A DNA stretch of 64,000 bases. It comes from Spirochaetia bacterium. GTDB taxonomy: Bacteria > Spirochaetota > Spirochaetia > DSM-2461. The position numbers and the translations under genes were made by a program. Positions 20,365 to 30,456 of the stretch are shown here, piece after piece (the stretch's first letter is position 1; the number at the start of each line of letters is the position of its first letter). The notes below the pieces were generated by a model. That model had not been told where the DNA came from. It ran no database searches and saw nothing but the letters and a program-made list of their open reading frames with translations. The DNA is taken from NCBI GenBank assembly GCA_963668315.1, contig OY764216.1:3776001-3840000 (forward strand), in the 5' to 3' direction.

Positions 20365-21705
20365 ATGATCGTCATGAAATTCGGCGGTACGTCCGTACAG
20401 AGCGCCGAAAAAATAAATAATGCCCTCGATATCGCAGAGAAAGAACTGTCCATGAGAGGAGTCGTTCTTGTCTCTTCCGCCATGGGGAAGACTACCGACC
20501 GCATCATTGATGCCTATACGGCCGCAGAAGCGGGTCATATAGAACCGGCGCTGGGATTTATGGAGGATATAAAAGACCTCCATTTCAAAACGGCGAGAGA
20601 ATTTCTGACCGGAACGAATCTGACGGACACGATAGCCGTCCTCGACACTTACTTTGCCCAGTTTGCTTCTCTTATTAAGGGTGTAGTCCTCTTGAGGGAC
20701 TGCACGAAAAGAAGCCGAGATATATTCCTTTCCTTCGGCGAAAGGCTTTCCACCCTGATCATTGCCGCCCGGGCCAGGGAACGGGGCATTAAAACCTCCC
20801 TTCTCGACTCCCGTGAGTTCATAATAACAGACGATGACTTCGGTTCCGCCAATGTGGATTTCGAAAAGACCGATAAACTGATTGCAGAGAAGATCAAGCC
20901 CGGCCGGGAAAAACTCTATGTGGCCCAGGGATTCATCGGCGCCACGGCCGACGGGGTGACGACAACCCTGGGCCGGGGAGGAAGCGATTATTCCGCCGCC
21001 ATTATCGGAGCCGCCCTGGATGCCAGGGATATCCAGATCTGGACGGACGTCAACGGGATCATGAGTTCCGATCCCCGCTATGTGAAGGGCGTGAAAACCA
21101 TTCCCTCGGTCACTTACCGTGAAGCGGGAGAGCTGGCCTACTTCGGCGCCAAGGTGGTTCACCCCTCAACAATCCAGCCGGCTGTGGGAAAAGAGATTCC
21201 CGTAAGGGTCCTGAATTCGGGGAACCCCGACCATGAGGGGACAACTATTTCCATGAAAGCCCCCGTCAACGGGCTCAAGGCCATCGCCAACAAAAAAGAT
21301 ATTACCCTGATCAATATTGAATCAACCCGCATGCTGAATGCCTACGGCTTTCTGAACAGGATATTCTGCATATTCGATAAGTACGAAACCTCCGTGGACC
21401 TGGTGACGACCAGCGAGGTAAGCGTCACGGTAACGATTGAAGACACCTCTCGGCTCGAAGAGATCGTGAAAGCCCTCGAACCCATCGGAAAAATCGTCGT
21501 GGAGAAAGGAAAAAGCATTATCTGCCTTGTCGGGCAGGGCTTGTGGAAGGACGGAGGCTTTCTCTCCCAGGTATTCAAGACCTGCGAGGGAGTTCCCCTG
21601 AGAATGATTTCACTCGGGTCGAGCGCGATCAACCTGTCCCTGGTCGTTCCTCAGGACAAAACGGATTTCATGGTCCAGAAACTGCACGATCAGTTTCTCG
21701 GATAG
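20365..21705 (+). CDS. lysC: Aspartate kinase
   Basis: VMKFGGTSV, SFGERLS, TTLGRGGSDYSA, IWTDVNG..SSDPR and two ACT domains; GGAGG Shine-Dalgarno. Confidence 0.93.
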   Translation: MIVMKFGGTSVQSAEKINNALDIAEKELSMRGVVLVSSAMGKTTDRIIDAYTAAEAGHIEPALGFMEDIKDLHFKTAREFLTGTNLTDTIAVLDTYFAQFASLIKGVVLLRDCTKRSRDIFLSFGERLSTLIIAARARERGIKTSLLDSREFIITDDDFGSANVDFEKTDKLIAEKIKPGREKLYVAQGFIGATADGVTTTLGRGGSDYSAAIIGAALDARDIQIWTDVNGIMSSDPRYVKGVKTIPSVTYREAGELAYFGAKVVHPSTIQPAVGKEIPVRVLNSGNPDHEGTTISMKAPVNGLKAIANKKDITLINIESTRMLNAYGFLNRIFCIFDKYETSVDLVTTSEVSVTVTIEDTSRLEEIVKALEPIGKIVVEKGKSIICLVGQGLWKDGGFLSQVFKTCEGVPLRMISLGSSAINLSLVVPQDKTDFMVQKLHDQFLG

Positions 21706-22399
21706 AACCATTCAGAGGCGGGGAAGAAAGCACAAAGCGGTTTCCCCTTTCCAGGAGGGGCGTCCCCCGGGAGTCTCCCGCTTCCAGAAGCAGGGGGAAA
21801 TCCTCCCGGCGGAACACCGGAAGGCCCTCCCCGCCCTTCTCCCACAGCAGGACCGATTTATCCATGACATTCCTGAAGGACAGGGAGTTCTCGTAGGAGA
21901 GCGGTTCGAATTCCAGAACCGTACCTCCCTCACCGGAGGAAAACCGATAATTTTTCATGAGGGAGGAGGAGAATTCCACGGCCATGATCCGAACCCCCTC
22001 TCTTTCTTCCATCCCGATGCCGAGACATGTCCAGCGGGGATTGAGAATCTGCTCCCGGTGGGCCGGGCTGTTCCACCAGGCTTCGAAGATCTCACCCAGC
22101 GCCGCCTCGGCCGAACTGGTTCCCAGAATTTCACCGGCGGCGAGTGCCGTTCCGCCCGCCAATCCGTACCTCTCCCAGGGCCCTCTGTTCTCCCTGTCCC
22201 TATGGGTCAGGATTCTCCGTCCGGAAAGCTCGGACGCATAGGATTGGGCACTGCGGACAAGAAACACCTCCCTCTCCAGCGGCACAAGACCGGATTCCGC
22301 CCGTTTTTCATTAATCCACGACTCCGTTACGGAAAAATAGTCCTCTCCGTAAAGGGGGAAGAGAAGAATGACGCCAAGCAGAAAGATCGTGTATTTCAT
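21668..22399 (-). CDS. Exported CAP/SCP-domain protein
   Basis: Signal peptide, INxxRxxxGLxPL, GEILG and WWNSPAHREQILNP motifs; likely start is the ATG at 22399. Confidence 0.8.
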   Translation of the reverse strand: MKYTIFLLGVILLFPLYGEDYFSVTESWINEKRAESGLVPLEREVFLVRSAQSYASELSGRRILTHRDRENRGPWERYGLAGGTALAAGEILGTSSAEAALGEIFEAWWNSPAHREQILNPRWTCLGIGMEEREGVRIMAVEFSSSLMKNYRFSSGEGGTVLEFEPLSYENSLSFRNVMDKSVLLWEKGGEGLPVFRREDFPLLLEAGDSRGTPLLERGNRFVLSSPPLNGSIRETDRAVSGP

Positions 22400-22406
22400 G
22401 GATATC

Positions 22407-23240
22407 CTAACTGAGAAAAGCAAAAAGATCCCGGTAGACTTCCCTTCTGATTCTTTCCGATTCGTTCAGAATGTGATGCCTTCCCTTTTTGTAATGGACA
22501 GTGCGGCATCGGGAATAGCATCTTTCAAGAACGGGAGTATTGCTCTTCCATTCCACCACGTTGTCTCTGTCCCCCTGAAGCAGAAGAAGGGGCTGGTTCG
22601 AAGAAAAATCCTCCCATTCCCGGTTCCACTCCACCATGGCTTTTATCCAGTCGAGGGAAAAGCGTTTGACCCCCAGGGGGTCCTTCCACTTGAACTTCAG
22701 AAACGGCTTATTTCCGCTGGATTTGGTCTTCCGTACGGGAAGGACCTTTATCCAGTCCTGGGCAAGATCGATGCCTTTATCTATCAGAAGCTGATAGTTC
22801 ATCTTCACCAGGGGGGCGGCCATGACGACTCCCTTGAAGTTATCACTACCGCGTCGGTTGTAATCCATCAGGATGGAACAGCCCGTGCTGTGGCCCACGG
22901 CATAGGACCTCTCCGGGCGGACATCCCAACGGCGGAGAAGTCCGTCAAAGAAGTCGGCATATTCACGGAAAGAGAGAATGCCCCCCCTTATGCCGCTTGA
23001 TCTTCCATGGCCGGGCATGTCTCCCGCCACCACCCGGAATCCCCTCTTGAGAAGTTCATTCACCAGCAGCCTGTTGCTCAAAGAATGATCGAGAAAACCG
23101 TGCAGCAAAACGACCGTCTCCTCCCATTTTTCCGGCTCAAGACACCAGGACCAGATGCTGTAGGCACCGGAAGGGAATTCTCCGCCCCTAAAATCGGCAT
23201 ATCCCTCTATATGATAATACCCGAGATACTCTTCTTCCAT
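22407..23240 (-). CDS. Alpha/beta hydrolase (lysophospholipase-like)
   Basis: LLHGFLDHS, DMPGHGRS, GHSTG nucleophile elbow, QGDRDNVV and a C-terminal His. Confidence 0.85.
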   Translation of the reverse strand: MEEEYLGYYHIEGYADFRGGEFPSGAYSIWSWCLEPEKWEETVVLLHGFLDHSLSNRLLVNELLKRGFRVVAGDMPGHGRSSGIRGGILSFREYADFFDGLLRRWDVRPERSYAVGHSTGCSILMDYNRRGSDNFKGVVMAAPLVKMNYQLLIDKGIDLAQDWIKVLPVRKTKSSGNKPFLKFKWKDPLGVKRFSLDWIKAMVEWNREWEDFSSNQPLLLLQGDRDNVVEWKSNTPVLERCYSRCRTVHYKKGRHHILNESERIRREVYRDLFAFLS

Positions 23241-23386
23241 GCAACCACTATAACAGACTCATGGCCCCCTGAATAGAGAAGAATCCGCCCTGCGGCAGAG
23301 GCTTTAATTACAAATTTATAATGTTATTCAGTGGATTTTTCCCGTATTCTGAAGTATCATTAACACATAACTATCAGGAATAGAAA

Positions 23387-24352
23387 ATGGTTGAAGACTT
23401 TTTAAAATTTATTGATCAATCCAAAAGTATCGTGATTACATCCCATGAAAGCCCTGACGGCGACGCTATCTGTTCGGAAATAGGATTATACAAACTGCTG
23501 CTTTTCCTCCAGAAGGATGTGGTCATACTCAATAGCGACAGCGCCGAGGATAAATACGATTTCCTAAAGACCAGTCATTTTATGACACAGATAAATATGA
23601 ATAATCCCGATCTTCCTGTCGATTATTCCCTCATTGTCCTCGATACGCACCCTTACAACATAGGCAAGGCGGGAGAGCTCCTGAGGGAAGGAGCCAGGGA
23701 TATTTTCGTCATAGACCACCATGAAGACTCCTATTCCGAAAAATTCGGCGGCATCCACGACAGTTCGGCATCCAGCACCTGCCAGCTCGTCTATCTGCTG
23801 ATGGAAGGACTGAACTTCACCCCCGACAAGGAGACGGCGGACGCCCTCTTCACGGGAATCGTCTATGACACCGGTTCGTTTCAATTCAAAAAGACAACCC
23901 ACGAGACCTTCCGCATCGGGGGGGATCTGGTGAAAATCGGCGTTGATCCCTTCATCATTCACAACTACCTGGACCAGAGCAACAGCAAAGCCTTTCTGGT
24001 TTTACAGATGGAAGTCATGAAAACCCTGGAATTCCACGTGAATGACCATGTGACCAGTCTGATGATGACGAAAGAGATTCTCGATAACAGCGGCGCAAAG
24101 TATGAAGAAGCCCAGCCCCTCATCAATCTTCCCCTTATCTGCAAGGATGTCGAAGTTTCCCTCCTTTTCAAGGAGAACAAAGAGGGTGTCAAGAGGTGTT
24201 CCATCCGTTCCAAGGGTAACTTCGACTGTTACGAACTGGCCAATAAATACAACGGAGGCGGGCACAAGACGGCGGCCGGCTTCAAGATTAGCGGTTCCTT
24301 TGAAGAAATGAAAAGAGAAGTGCTTGAAGAAATAGGCCATTTCTTTTCATAA
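23387..24352 (+). CDS. nrnA: DHH/DHHA1 phosphoesterase (NrnA-like nanoRNase / pAp phosphatase)
   Basis: SHESPDGDA, IDHH, YDTGSF, SIRS and GGGHKTAAG motifs. Confidence 0.85.
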   Translation: MVEDFLKFIDQSKSIVITSHESPDGDAICSEIGLYKLLLFLQKDVVILNSDSAEDKYDFLKTSHFMTQINMNNPDLPVDYSLIVLDTHPYNIGKAGELLREGARDIFVIDHHEDSYSEKFGGIHDSSASSTCQLVYLLMEGLNFTPDKETADALFTGIVYDTGSFQFKKTTHETFRIGGDLVKIGVDPFIIHNYLDQSNSKAFLVLQMEVMKTLEFHVNDHVTSLMMTKEILDNSGAKYEEAQPLINLPLICKDVEVSLLFKENKEGVKRCSIRSKGNFDCYELANKYNGGGHKTAAGFKISGSFEEMKREVLEEIGHFFS

Positions 24353-24360
24353 TAGGATTC

Positions 24361-25887
24361 ATGATAAAGACCAAAATTGCAGCCTCTTTCATACTGACTC
24401 TTCTTCTCTTCTCATGCCGTGAAGGTAATCTCGGTGTCAGTACCGAGCGTCCTCCTGCGGGTCAGGTCATCATTCCCGATTCGGGAAGGGATACGGCCAG
24501 GAGGGAGGGAAGTTCTCTTTCCATACAGAAAGAAGAGGAGGAGGTCAAGGCGATTCCTTCGATCCCTATTGAGGCGAAATGGAATATAGTCGAGCTGATG
24601 GATGCCAATCTCGACGGCGATACCGACGACGAGCAGCTGATCTTTCTTGAATCGAAGGAAGGGGATAAAAACCTGGAAGTCTGGGTGGCCGATTTCAATA
24701 CGTCCGCCAACTCCTATGTTCTGGCGTGGAGAAGCGAGCTTTCCAGCAAACAGGGCGATAAGCTTACCGTCACGGTAAACGAAGCGGCCGAACAGGGCCG
24801 GTACGAACTGTATGTTCTGGGATACGACTCACGGGATTACCACACCCTGGACGTATTCTACCCCCTTTCCGAACAGTCTCCCAGTTTCAGGAATATCTTC
24901 ACCCAGTCCGTTAAAGGTACCATCGAACTCTATTATCCCCAGACAGCCGGCTCCTCCCTGAGCGACGACTACGGAACAAGAGTCAGGATTTCTCCCGAGA
25001 TAATTATTACCCGCTCCGATCCCGAATCGGATAATCCTCTTGATTCGGTCATAACGACCTGGGAGCTAGCCACTTCCCCCACCCGCTACAAGCTTATCTC
25101 GACAAGGAAGATAAAAGCGACCAAGGAGCAGGAGGAAAAACTTCTGGAGCTGATAAGCGGTCCCATTGATGACTTTGAGTCGCTCCTTTCCGATTACTGG
25201 TATCAGGAAGAGGGAGAAAGCGGCGTCATCCGCATGATCGATCTGAACAAAGCGGACAATACGATTGAATTCCTCACCCTGCAGAATTACGAGGAGTACA
25301 CCTGGGACTCTTCCCATAAATCATCCTATGCCCCCCGGCTCTATATTTATACGACCAGCCCCTATATTTCTTCGGTCCGCAAGGAGCTGACCATCAATAT
25401 GATCGATACGGACAGCATTTCCCTGGATGTCTTCGACAACGGAAAACAGCACCGCAACAACTCCTGGTCGGGTAATTACAAGCGCATGACCGAGGGGATG
25501 AAACTCTCCCTTATCAAGGAGTACGGACGGGAAATCAATACGGAATTTTACGATCTCAAGGGTAAGTATAAAAGTGCCTCGGGAGAGGAGATCTCCTTTG
25601 ACAGGAACAGCTTCACCCTTTCTCAGGAAGGAAAAGATACGGACAGGAAAGGCTTTTTTTCCCTCTTTGTCCTTAACGGCGAGCAGCTTCTTGAGCTCAT
25701 CTATTACGATAACAGAGGGATGAAGGAATCAAGAGAACTGTATCAGTTTTCCTATTCCGTAGAAGACGACGAGGAGCACAGAATCCGCAGTTTCCATATT
25801 ACCGCCGGAGAAACGACAGCACGGGGCTTTGTTCCCTCCGAGGAAGTGGGAAGGCGCTTTGAACAGATAGAGCTGCTGTCCGACTAG
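24361..25887 (+). CDS. Lipoprotein, pallilysin-related adhesin-like
   Basis: Spirochete-type lipobox LLLFSC, NLDGDTDDEQ Ca-binding-like motif, beta-rich body. The family call is by resemblance only. Confidence 0.5.
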   Translation: MIKTKIAASFILTLLLFSCREGNLGVSTERPPAGQVIIPDSGRDTARREGSSLSIQKEEEEVKAIPSIPIEAKWNIVELMDANLDGDTDDEQLIFLESKEGDKNLEVWVADFNTSANSYVLAWRSELSSKQGDKLTVTVNEAAEQGRYELYVLGYDSRDYHTLDVFYPLSEQSPSFRNIFTQSVKGTIELYYPQTAGSSLSDDYGTRVRISPEIIITRSDPESDNPLDSVITTWELATSPTRYKLISTRKIKATKEQEEKLLELISGPIDDFESLLSDYWYQEEGESGVIRMIDLNKADNTIEFLTLQNYEEYTWDSSHKSSYAPRLYIYTTSPYISSVRKELTINMIDTDSISLDVFDNGKQHRNNSWSGNYKRMTEGMKLSLIKEYGREINTEFYDLKGKYKSASGEEISFDRNSFTLSQEGKDTDRKGFFSLFVLNGEQLLELIYYDNRGMKESRELYQFSYSVEDDEEHRIRSFHITAGETTARGFVPSEEVGRRFEQIELLSD

Positions 25888-25891
25888 CGGT

Positions 25892-26464
25892 TCAGGGGAA
25901 CAGGAGGGAGGGCTTTGTCCTCCTCTCGGCCCTGCCCGTAAGGATCAATCCTTCGGGGGACTGGGGAAAGTCTCTTTTAATAATCCATTCAACCCTTCTG
26001 GCATCATCCTCCCTTCCCAGTGTCCGGTAGGCATCGCTCAAGCATAGGGCGGCCGAGGGCTCCCCGGTCAGCAGACGGTTGTGGTCTTCCATCAGCTCTA
26101 AGGCCCCCTTTTCCCGTCCGAGACGGATAAGGCTTTTTATTTCGATAATAAGGGCCCCTCTGACTATTGAGGGTTCGAGTCCCCCCTCGGTAAGGGGGAG
26201 AGCTTCGGCGGGAAGGTTCTCATACTGTCCCATATCCCACTTTATCTGAAGAATCCGTAATTGGCATAGCTGGCGTTTTACCCCGGAAAGTCTGGGGGCG
26301 GCTTCCCTGTACTTTTCCAGAGCGCCCGTGTAGTCTCCCGCAGAGAGATCCTCCGCGGCAAGAAGAATCAGCCTCTCCCCTTCTCCGTCGGATTGCTGGG
26401 AAAAAAGGGGAAAGCCCTGGAGCAGGGCAAAAAAGATCAGAGGCAGAAGAAACTTATGATTCAT
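25892..26464 (-). CDS. Exported TPR-like hypothetical protein
   Basis: Signal peptide from the ATG at 26464, helical TPR-like pattern, ending IKRDFPQSPEG. Confidence 0.55.
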   Translation of the reverse strand: MNHKFLLPLIFFALLQGFPLFSQQSDGEGERLILLAAEDLSAGDYTGALEKYREAAPRLSGVKRQLCQLRILQIKWDMGQYENLPAEALPLTEGGLEPSIVRGALIIEIKSLIRLGREKGALELMEDHNRLLTGEPSAALCLSDAYRTLGREDDARRVEWIIKRDFPQSPEGLILTGRAERRTKPSLLFP

Positions 26465-26807
26465 CTTCCTTCTTTTTATTTTTTCTGCCTCCGAGAAGAG
26501 ACTTCTTCCTTTCCCTCTCTTTCTCTCCCCCTGCGTCGGGAGTTTCATTCATAAGAGCGGGAGCGTCCTTTCTCTTCCCCCCTTCGCTCTTCTTTGATTT
26601 CCGCCGGGAAAAGGAACGGGCGAACCAGAAGGGAACGGTGGAAACAAGACCGAAGAGATAAGCGGCGAAGACGACGATGATAATGGAAACGTCTTCAAAA
26701 TGGCCCTTCTCGTTAACCCAGATATTAATATTGGTATGGTTATCGAGGTTAAATCCGATAAAAGCAAAGATAATGACGATGAATAAAATAAACCCTATTA
26801 GTTTCAT
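26454..26807 (-). CDS. Small membrane protein (LapA/DUF1049-like)
   Basis: Two TM segments flanking FNLDNHTNINIW, a basic C-terminal tail, GGAGG Shine-Dalgarno. Confidence 0.55.
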   Translation of the reverse strand: MKLIGFILFIVIIFAFIGFNLDNHTNINIWVNEKGHFEDVSIIIVVFAAYLFGLVSTVPFWFARSFSRRKSKKSEGGKRKDAPALMNETPDAGGEKERERKKSLLGGRKNKKKEDES

Positions 26808-26837
26808 GGGCACGGTTCTGCCTCCTCTTTACAGACG

Positions 26838-28856
26838 CTATTCGTTGATTATCTCCCGAATATGCCATTTAATCAAGTTATAGTTATTATCACGGGGCAG
26901 GACAATCCAGGCGCCCAGATAGTAATTGTCATCGGCCAGAGCCGCTTCCTGGTCCTCTCGGGAAAGCCTGTAAAGATTGCTGTAGCTTTCGTAAAGAACA
27001 TTGGTGGCATCGATAACATTACGGCTGTCCAGACTGTTCTTCCTGTATTTCATGACGTCCCGGACAAGTGTGCCGGGCGACATATTCGTCTCTGTATATT
27101 TCACGGCGGCCCGGACGAAATCGGTGAGCTTATCCGCATCGGAAAGGCCCATGTTCTTCAGTTTGTCGAAAATGGCCCCGATTATCAGCTGCTGCCGCCG
27201 GGAACGGGAATAATCGTTTGTCGTGTGCCGGGAACGGGCTACACGCAGCGCCCCCAGGCCGTCCAGGTGAATCGGTCCGGCAGGATAATTCAAGGTTGTC
27301 CAGACGCCGTTTTCCTTGATATGGTACGTGGGGTCGCTCAGGGGCTCTTCCAGCTCCACATCGATCCCGCCGAGGATATTGATCACATCGATGAAAGCGT
27401 ACATGTCTATGGCCATATATTTATCGATCTGCAGACCGGACAGCTCGGAAACGTCCGACGCCAGGGCATCGATACCGTAATAGCGGTACACGCTGTTAAG
27501 CTTTCTGTTCTTGAACCAGAGGTCCCGGGGAATACTGATCATCTTGATGTCTCCCGTTTTGCCGCTGGTATGAACCAGGATGATCGTATCGGCATTCCCC
27601 TCATGGGACCCGACGACCATATAGGTCTCCTCATCGGCGGAAGAGTATACATCATCGATGACGCCCACATCCTCCCCCTTCCAGGAGCTGTCCAGGTCAA
27701 GGGTGACATGATTTTCGGTCATGGTTCTGAATGACCTGAGCACCACATCGTCCCCGTCCAGCAGATAGATCTCACCGGTGCCCTCCAGAAGGGCGAAGGA
27801 GCCTACCCGTTTATCCTGGCTATCGTAGAAATCCCAGTTCTTGTAATCCGTATCCTCGCTTTCCCTTATCTCGGGGGACAGGGTAAGCCCTCTCTGTTCA
27901 AGATAATCGGCAAAGCCCTGTTCCTGAATCACGGAAATAAGGAAATCCTTAACTTCATCATCACGGATTTCCTTATCGGTCCGGCCGTCCAGATTTTCAA
28001 GGTACCCTATAAGCGCCGCTTCAAAACTGTCCCAGTCATTATATGAAGTCCCGCCCAGGTACAGGGTCCCCTCTTTCTTGATGACCCCGGCCTTCTCTTT
28101 TACGATATAATCGGAAAGCCTGATAAGCAGATCGAAGCTCTCTGCCGAATCTACGGTTCTCAGATTCAGCTCCTTTTCCTGGATAAGTCCCTGAAGTCCG
28201 CTTCTGCGGGGAAACTGGGACAGCTGAGCAGTCCACTCCGCGGTTTTTCGGGCGATGGAGGCCACTTCCTCCTGATAGCCCTTGATGAACGCCGTCATCG
28301 TACCGCTGTCTGCCACGGTGCCTTCCCGGCCGAAACTGTCCGTGACGCGGGCGGAACCGTCCTCATCCACGGTAAAACTGACGATCTCCTCGCCCCCGGC
28401 ATAGAACGCCCCGGAGAGGGTTGACTGAAACCGGAAGGTGATATTCTGCGTTTGGAGCCATCGCTGAAAGGGGGGATTCATAATCTGCTCGTCAAATAGT
28501 TCCCTCGAGCGGTAATCCACGTTCACTTCCAAGAGATAATCCAGAGCTTCGTAAAAAACATCCTTCTGTTTTTCCTTGATCAGTTCGGGGTCTACTTCAC
28601 CGTTCTCTTCCTCCGCCCCGTAATCGAGATTGAGCGGCTCCATGCCATTCTGAAAAAGCAGTTTATTCGTTCCCGCGGCCAGCATGTTCACGTTCTCTGC
28701 CGTTCTGTCTATGATATTCCTTGACTGCTCCAGTCCGCCCGTTACATTTTCCGTAAGCCTATCGATCTCTTTCCCCATGGAAAGATTCTGGATAAAAAGG
28801 AGCGCGAAGAGCCCAATGCTCGTTATAATGAGAAATATTTGCAGTAGCCGTTTCAA
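26838..28856 (-). CDS. LCP (LytR-CpsA-Psr) family protein with a long N-terminal extension
   Basis: N-terminal TM anchor; C-terminal ADTIIL, SIPRDL, KLN, LGGIDV and ARSRH..NDYSRSRRQQ motifs. Confidence 0.85.
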   Translation of the reverse strand: MKRLLQIFLIITSIGLFALLFIQNLSMGKEIDRLTENVTGGLEQSRNIIDRTAENVNMLAAGTNKLLFQNGMEPLNLDYGAEEENGEVDPELIKEKQKDVFYEALDYLLEVNVDYRSRELFDEQIMNPPFQRWLQTQNITFRFQSTLSGAFYAGGEEIVSFTVDEDGSARVTDSFGREGTVADSGTMTAFIKGYQEEVASIARKTAEWTAQLSQFPRRSGLQGLIQEKELNLRTVDSAESFDLLIRLSDYIVKEKAGVIKKEGTLYLGGTSYNDWDSFEAALIGYLENLDGRTDKEIRDDEVKDFLISVIQEQGFADYLEQRGLTLSPEIRESEDTDYKNWDFYDSQDKRVGSFALLEGTGEIYLLDGDDVVLRSFRTMTENHVTLDLDSSWKGEDVGVIDDVYSSADEETYMVVGSHEGNADTIILVHTSGKTGDIKMISIPRDLWFKNRKLNSVYRYYGIDALASDVSELSGLQIDKYMAIDMYAFIDVINILGGIDVELEEPLSDPTYHIKENGVWTTLNYPAGPIHLDGLGALRVARSRHTTNDYSRSRRQQLIIGAIFDKLKNMGLSDADKLTDFVRAAVKYTETNMSPGTLVRDVMKYRKNSLDSRNVIDATNVLYESYSNLYRLSREDQEAALADDNYYLGAWIVLPRDNNYNLIKWHIREIINE

Positions 28857-29741
28857 TTAACCTCTCCTCTCCAGTGCTCTCTCGGCGGAAAGAACGGTAT
28901 TATAGAGAAGCATGGTAATGGTCATCGGTCCGACTCCTCCGGGAACGGGCGTTATAAAGGAAGCCTTATCCTTAATACCCTCAAAATCCACATCACCGGC
29001 AAGGCGGTATCCCCTTTTTTTCGTATCATCGGGAACCCGGTTGACTCCCACGTCGATGACAACAGCCCCCTCCCTGACCATATCGGCGGTAATCATGGCG
29101 GGACGGCCTGCCGCGGCGATAAGGATATCGGCCCGGAGGGTGTGTTCCTTGAGATTCCTAGTGCCCGTATGGCAGACAGTAACCGTGGCGTTTCCGGGAT
29201 TTCCCTTCTGAAGCAGCATATTGGCGATGGGCTTTCCCACGATATTGCTTCGTCCGACGACAACGATTTCGGCTCCTGAGGTGGGTATCTCCTTCTCTTC
29301 AAGAAGCTTGATGATTCCGTGGGGCGTACAGGGCAGAAAAGTTTCCTGCCCCAGCATCATCTTCCCCACACTGACGGGGTGAAATCCGTCCACATCCTTC
29401 AGGGGGTTGATTCTTTCGATGACCCGATCGCTGTCGATATGGGCGGGCAGAGGAAGCTGTACGAGAATACCGTGAATGGCGGGATCCTCATTCAGCCCGT
29501 CGATAATCGAAAGAAGCTGCTCTTCCGTCGTGTCAGCCGGCTTTCTGATATCCCGGGAGTAAAGTCCCATCTCCTCGCAGGCCTTTTCCTTCGCTGTGAC
29601 ATAAGAGCGGCTGGCGGGATCGTCCCCTATAAGCACCACGGCTAGTCCCGGTTTCATGCCGCGCCTGGTTAAAAGTGCCGCCTTCTCCTTCAGTTCGTCC
29701 CTTATTCGGGATGCCGTTGCTTTACCGTCTATTAAACTCAT
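28857..29741 (-). CDS. folD: Methylenetetrahydrofolate dehydrogenase/cyclohydrolase
   Basis: [30 protein letters not shown] and [11 protein letters not shown] motifs. Confidence 0.97.
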   Translation of the reverse strand: MSLIDGKATASRIRDELKEKAALLTRRGMKPGLAVVLIGDDPASRSYVTAKEKACEEMGLYSRDIRKPADTTEEQLLSIIDGLNEDPAIHGILVQLPLPAHIDSDRVIERINPLKDVDGFHPVSVGKMMLGQETFLPCTPHGIIKLLEEKEIPTSGAEIVVVGRSNIVGKPIANMLLQKGNPGNATVTVCHTGTRNLKEHTLRADILIAAAGRPAMITADMVREGAVVIDVGVNRVPDDTKKRGYRLAGDVDFEGIKDKASFITPVPGGVGPMTITMLLYNTVLSAERALERRG

Positions 29742-29826
29742 ATATCACAAACCTCTCACATAACTCTTGTTGATGAATAATATAAATTATGATAGTATCA
29801 CAGTACTTTTGAGAAGAGGAATAGCA

Positions 29827-30447
29827 TTGAAAATAAAAAAGATATTATTTTTTCCGTTGCTTATGATATTAGCACTGTACGGCACTCTTTTTGCACAGGA
29901 AGATGACATCAATGAAGAGTTTGTACTCTCCTATCATTCGAAAGGTGATCAGACTTTCTCTATCGAAATGGGACTCTTTATCCCCATGGTCACGATTGAT
30001 CCGACTCCGGGCTCCGGCAAAGCCGTCGACAGTCTTTCGGGCCAGATGAATCTGGGAGGGACTGGTTTTCTCAGTTACTGCGGATACCTTAACAGTAATC
30101 TGCGTATCGGCGGGGAATTCGGAGGTATGTTCGCCTCTTCCCTGAATGAGAATATGTTTTATATTGTTCCCCTTATGGTGAAAACCGTTTACGACATTAA
30201 TATCAACACCTATTTTACGGTGCCCCTTTATCTGAGCGCCGGAATCAGCTTCAACAGTTACGACGATCTGTTCATGGTAGATCCCATTGTCAAGCCGGGA
30301 TTCGGCCTGAACTGGAATTACGATTCCGAATGGAGTTTCATCACCAAGTATACTGTCTGGATTATTCCCGAGATCACCAAAGCAGACGATCAGAGCCGCA
30401 TCGGTGTCTTTTCGGACCTCCGCGTGGGCGTTGAATATCATTTCTAA
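29827..30447 (+). CDS. TP0733-like small outer-membrane beta-barrel
   Basis: TTG start after GAGGA, signal peptide, KGDQTFSI motif, about 8 amphipathic strands, C-terminal YHF; neighbours folD as in treponemes. Confidence 0.7.
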   Translation: MKIKKILFFPLLMILALYGTLFAQEDDINEEFVLSYHSKGDQTFSIEMGLFIPMVTIDPTPGSGKAVDSLSGQMNLGGTGFLSYCGYLNSNLRIGGEFGGMFASSLNENMFYIVPLMVKTVYDININTYFTVPLYLSAGISFNSYDDLFMVDPIVKPGFGLNWNYDSEWSFITKYTVWIIPEITKADDQSRIGVFSDLRVGVEYHF

Positions 30448-30456
30448 GAGGCATAC

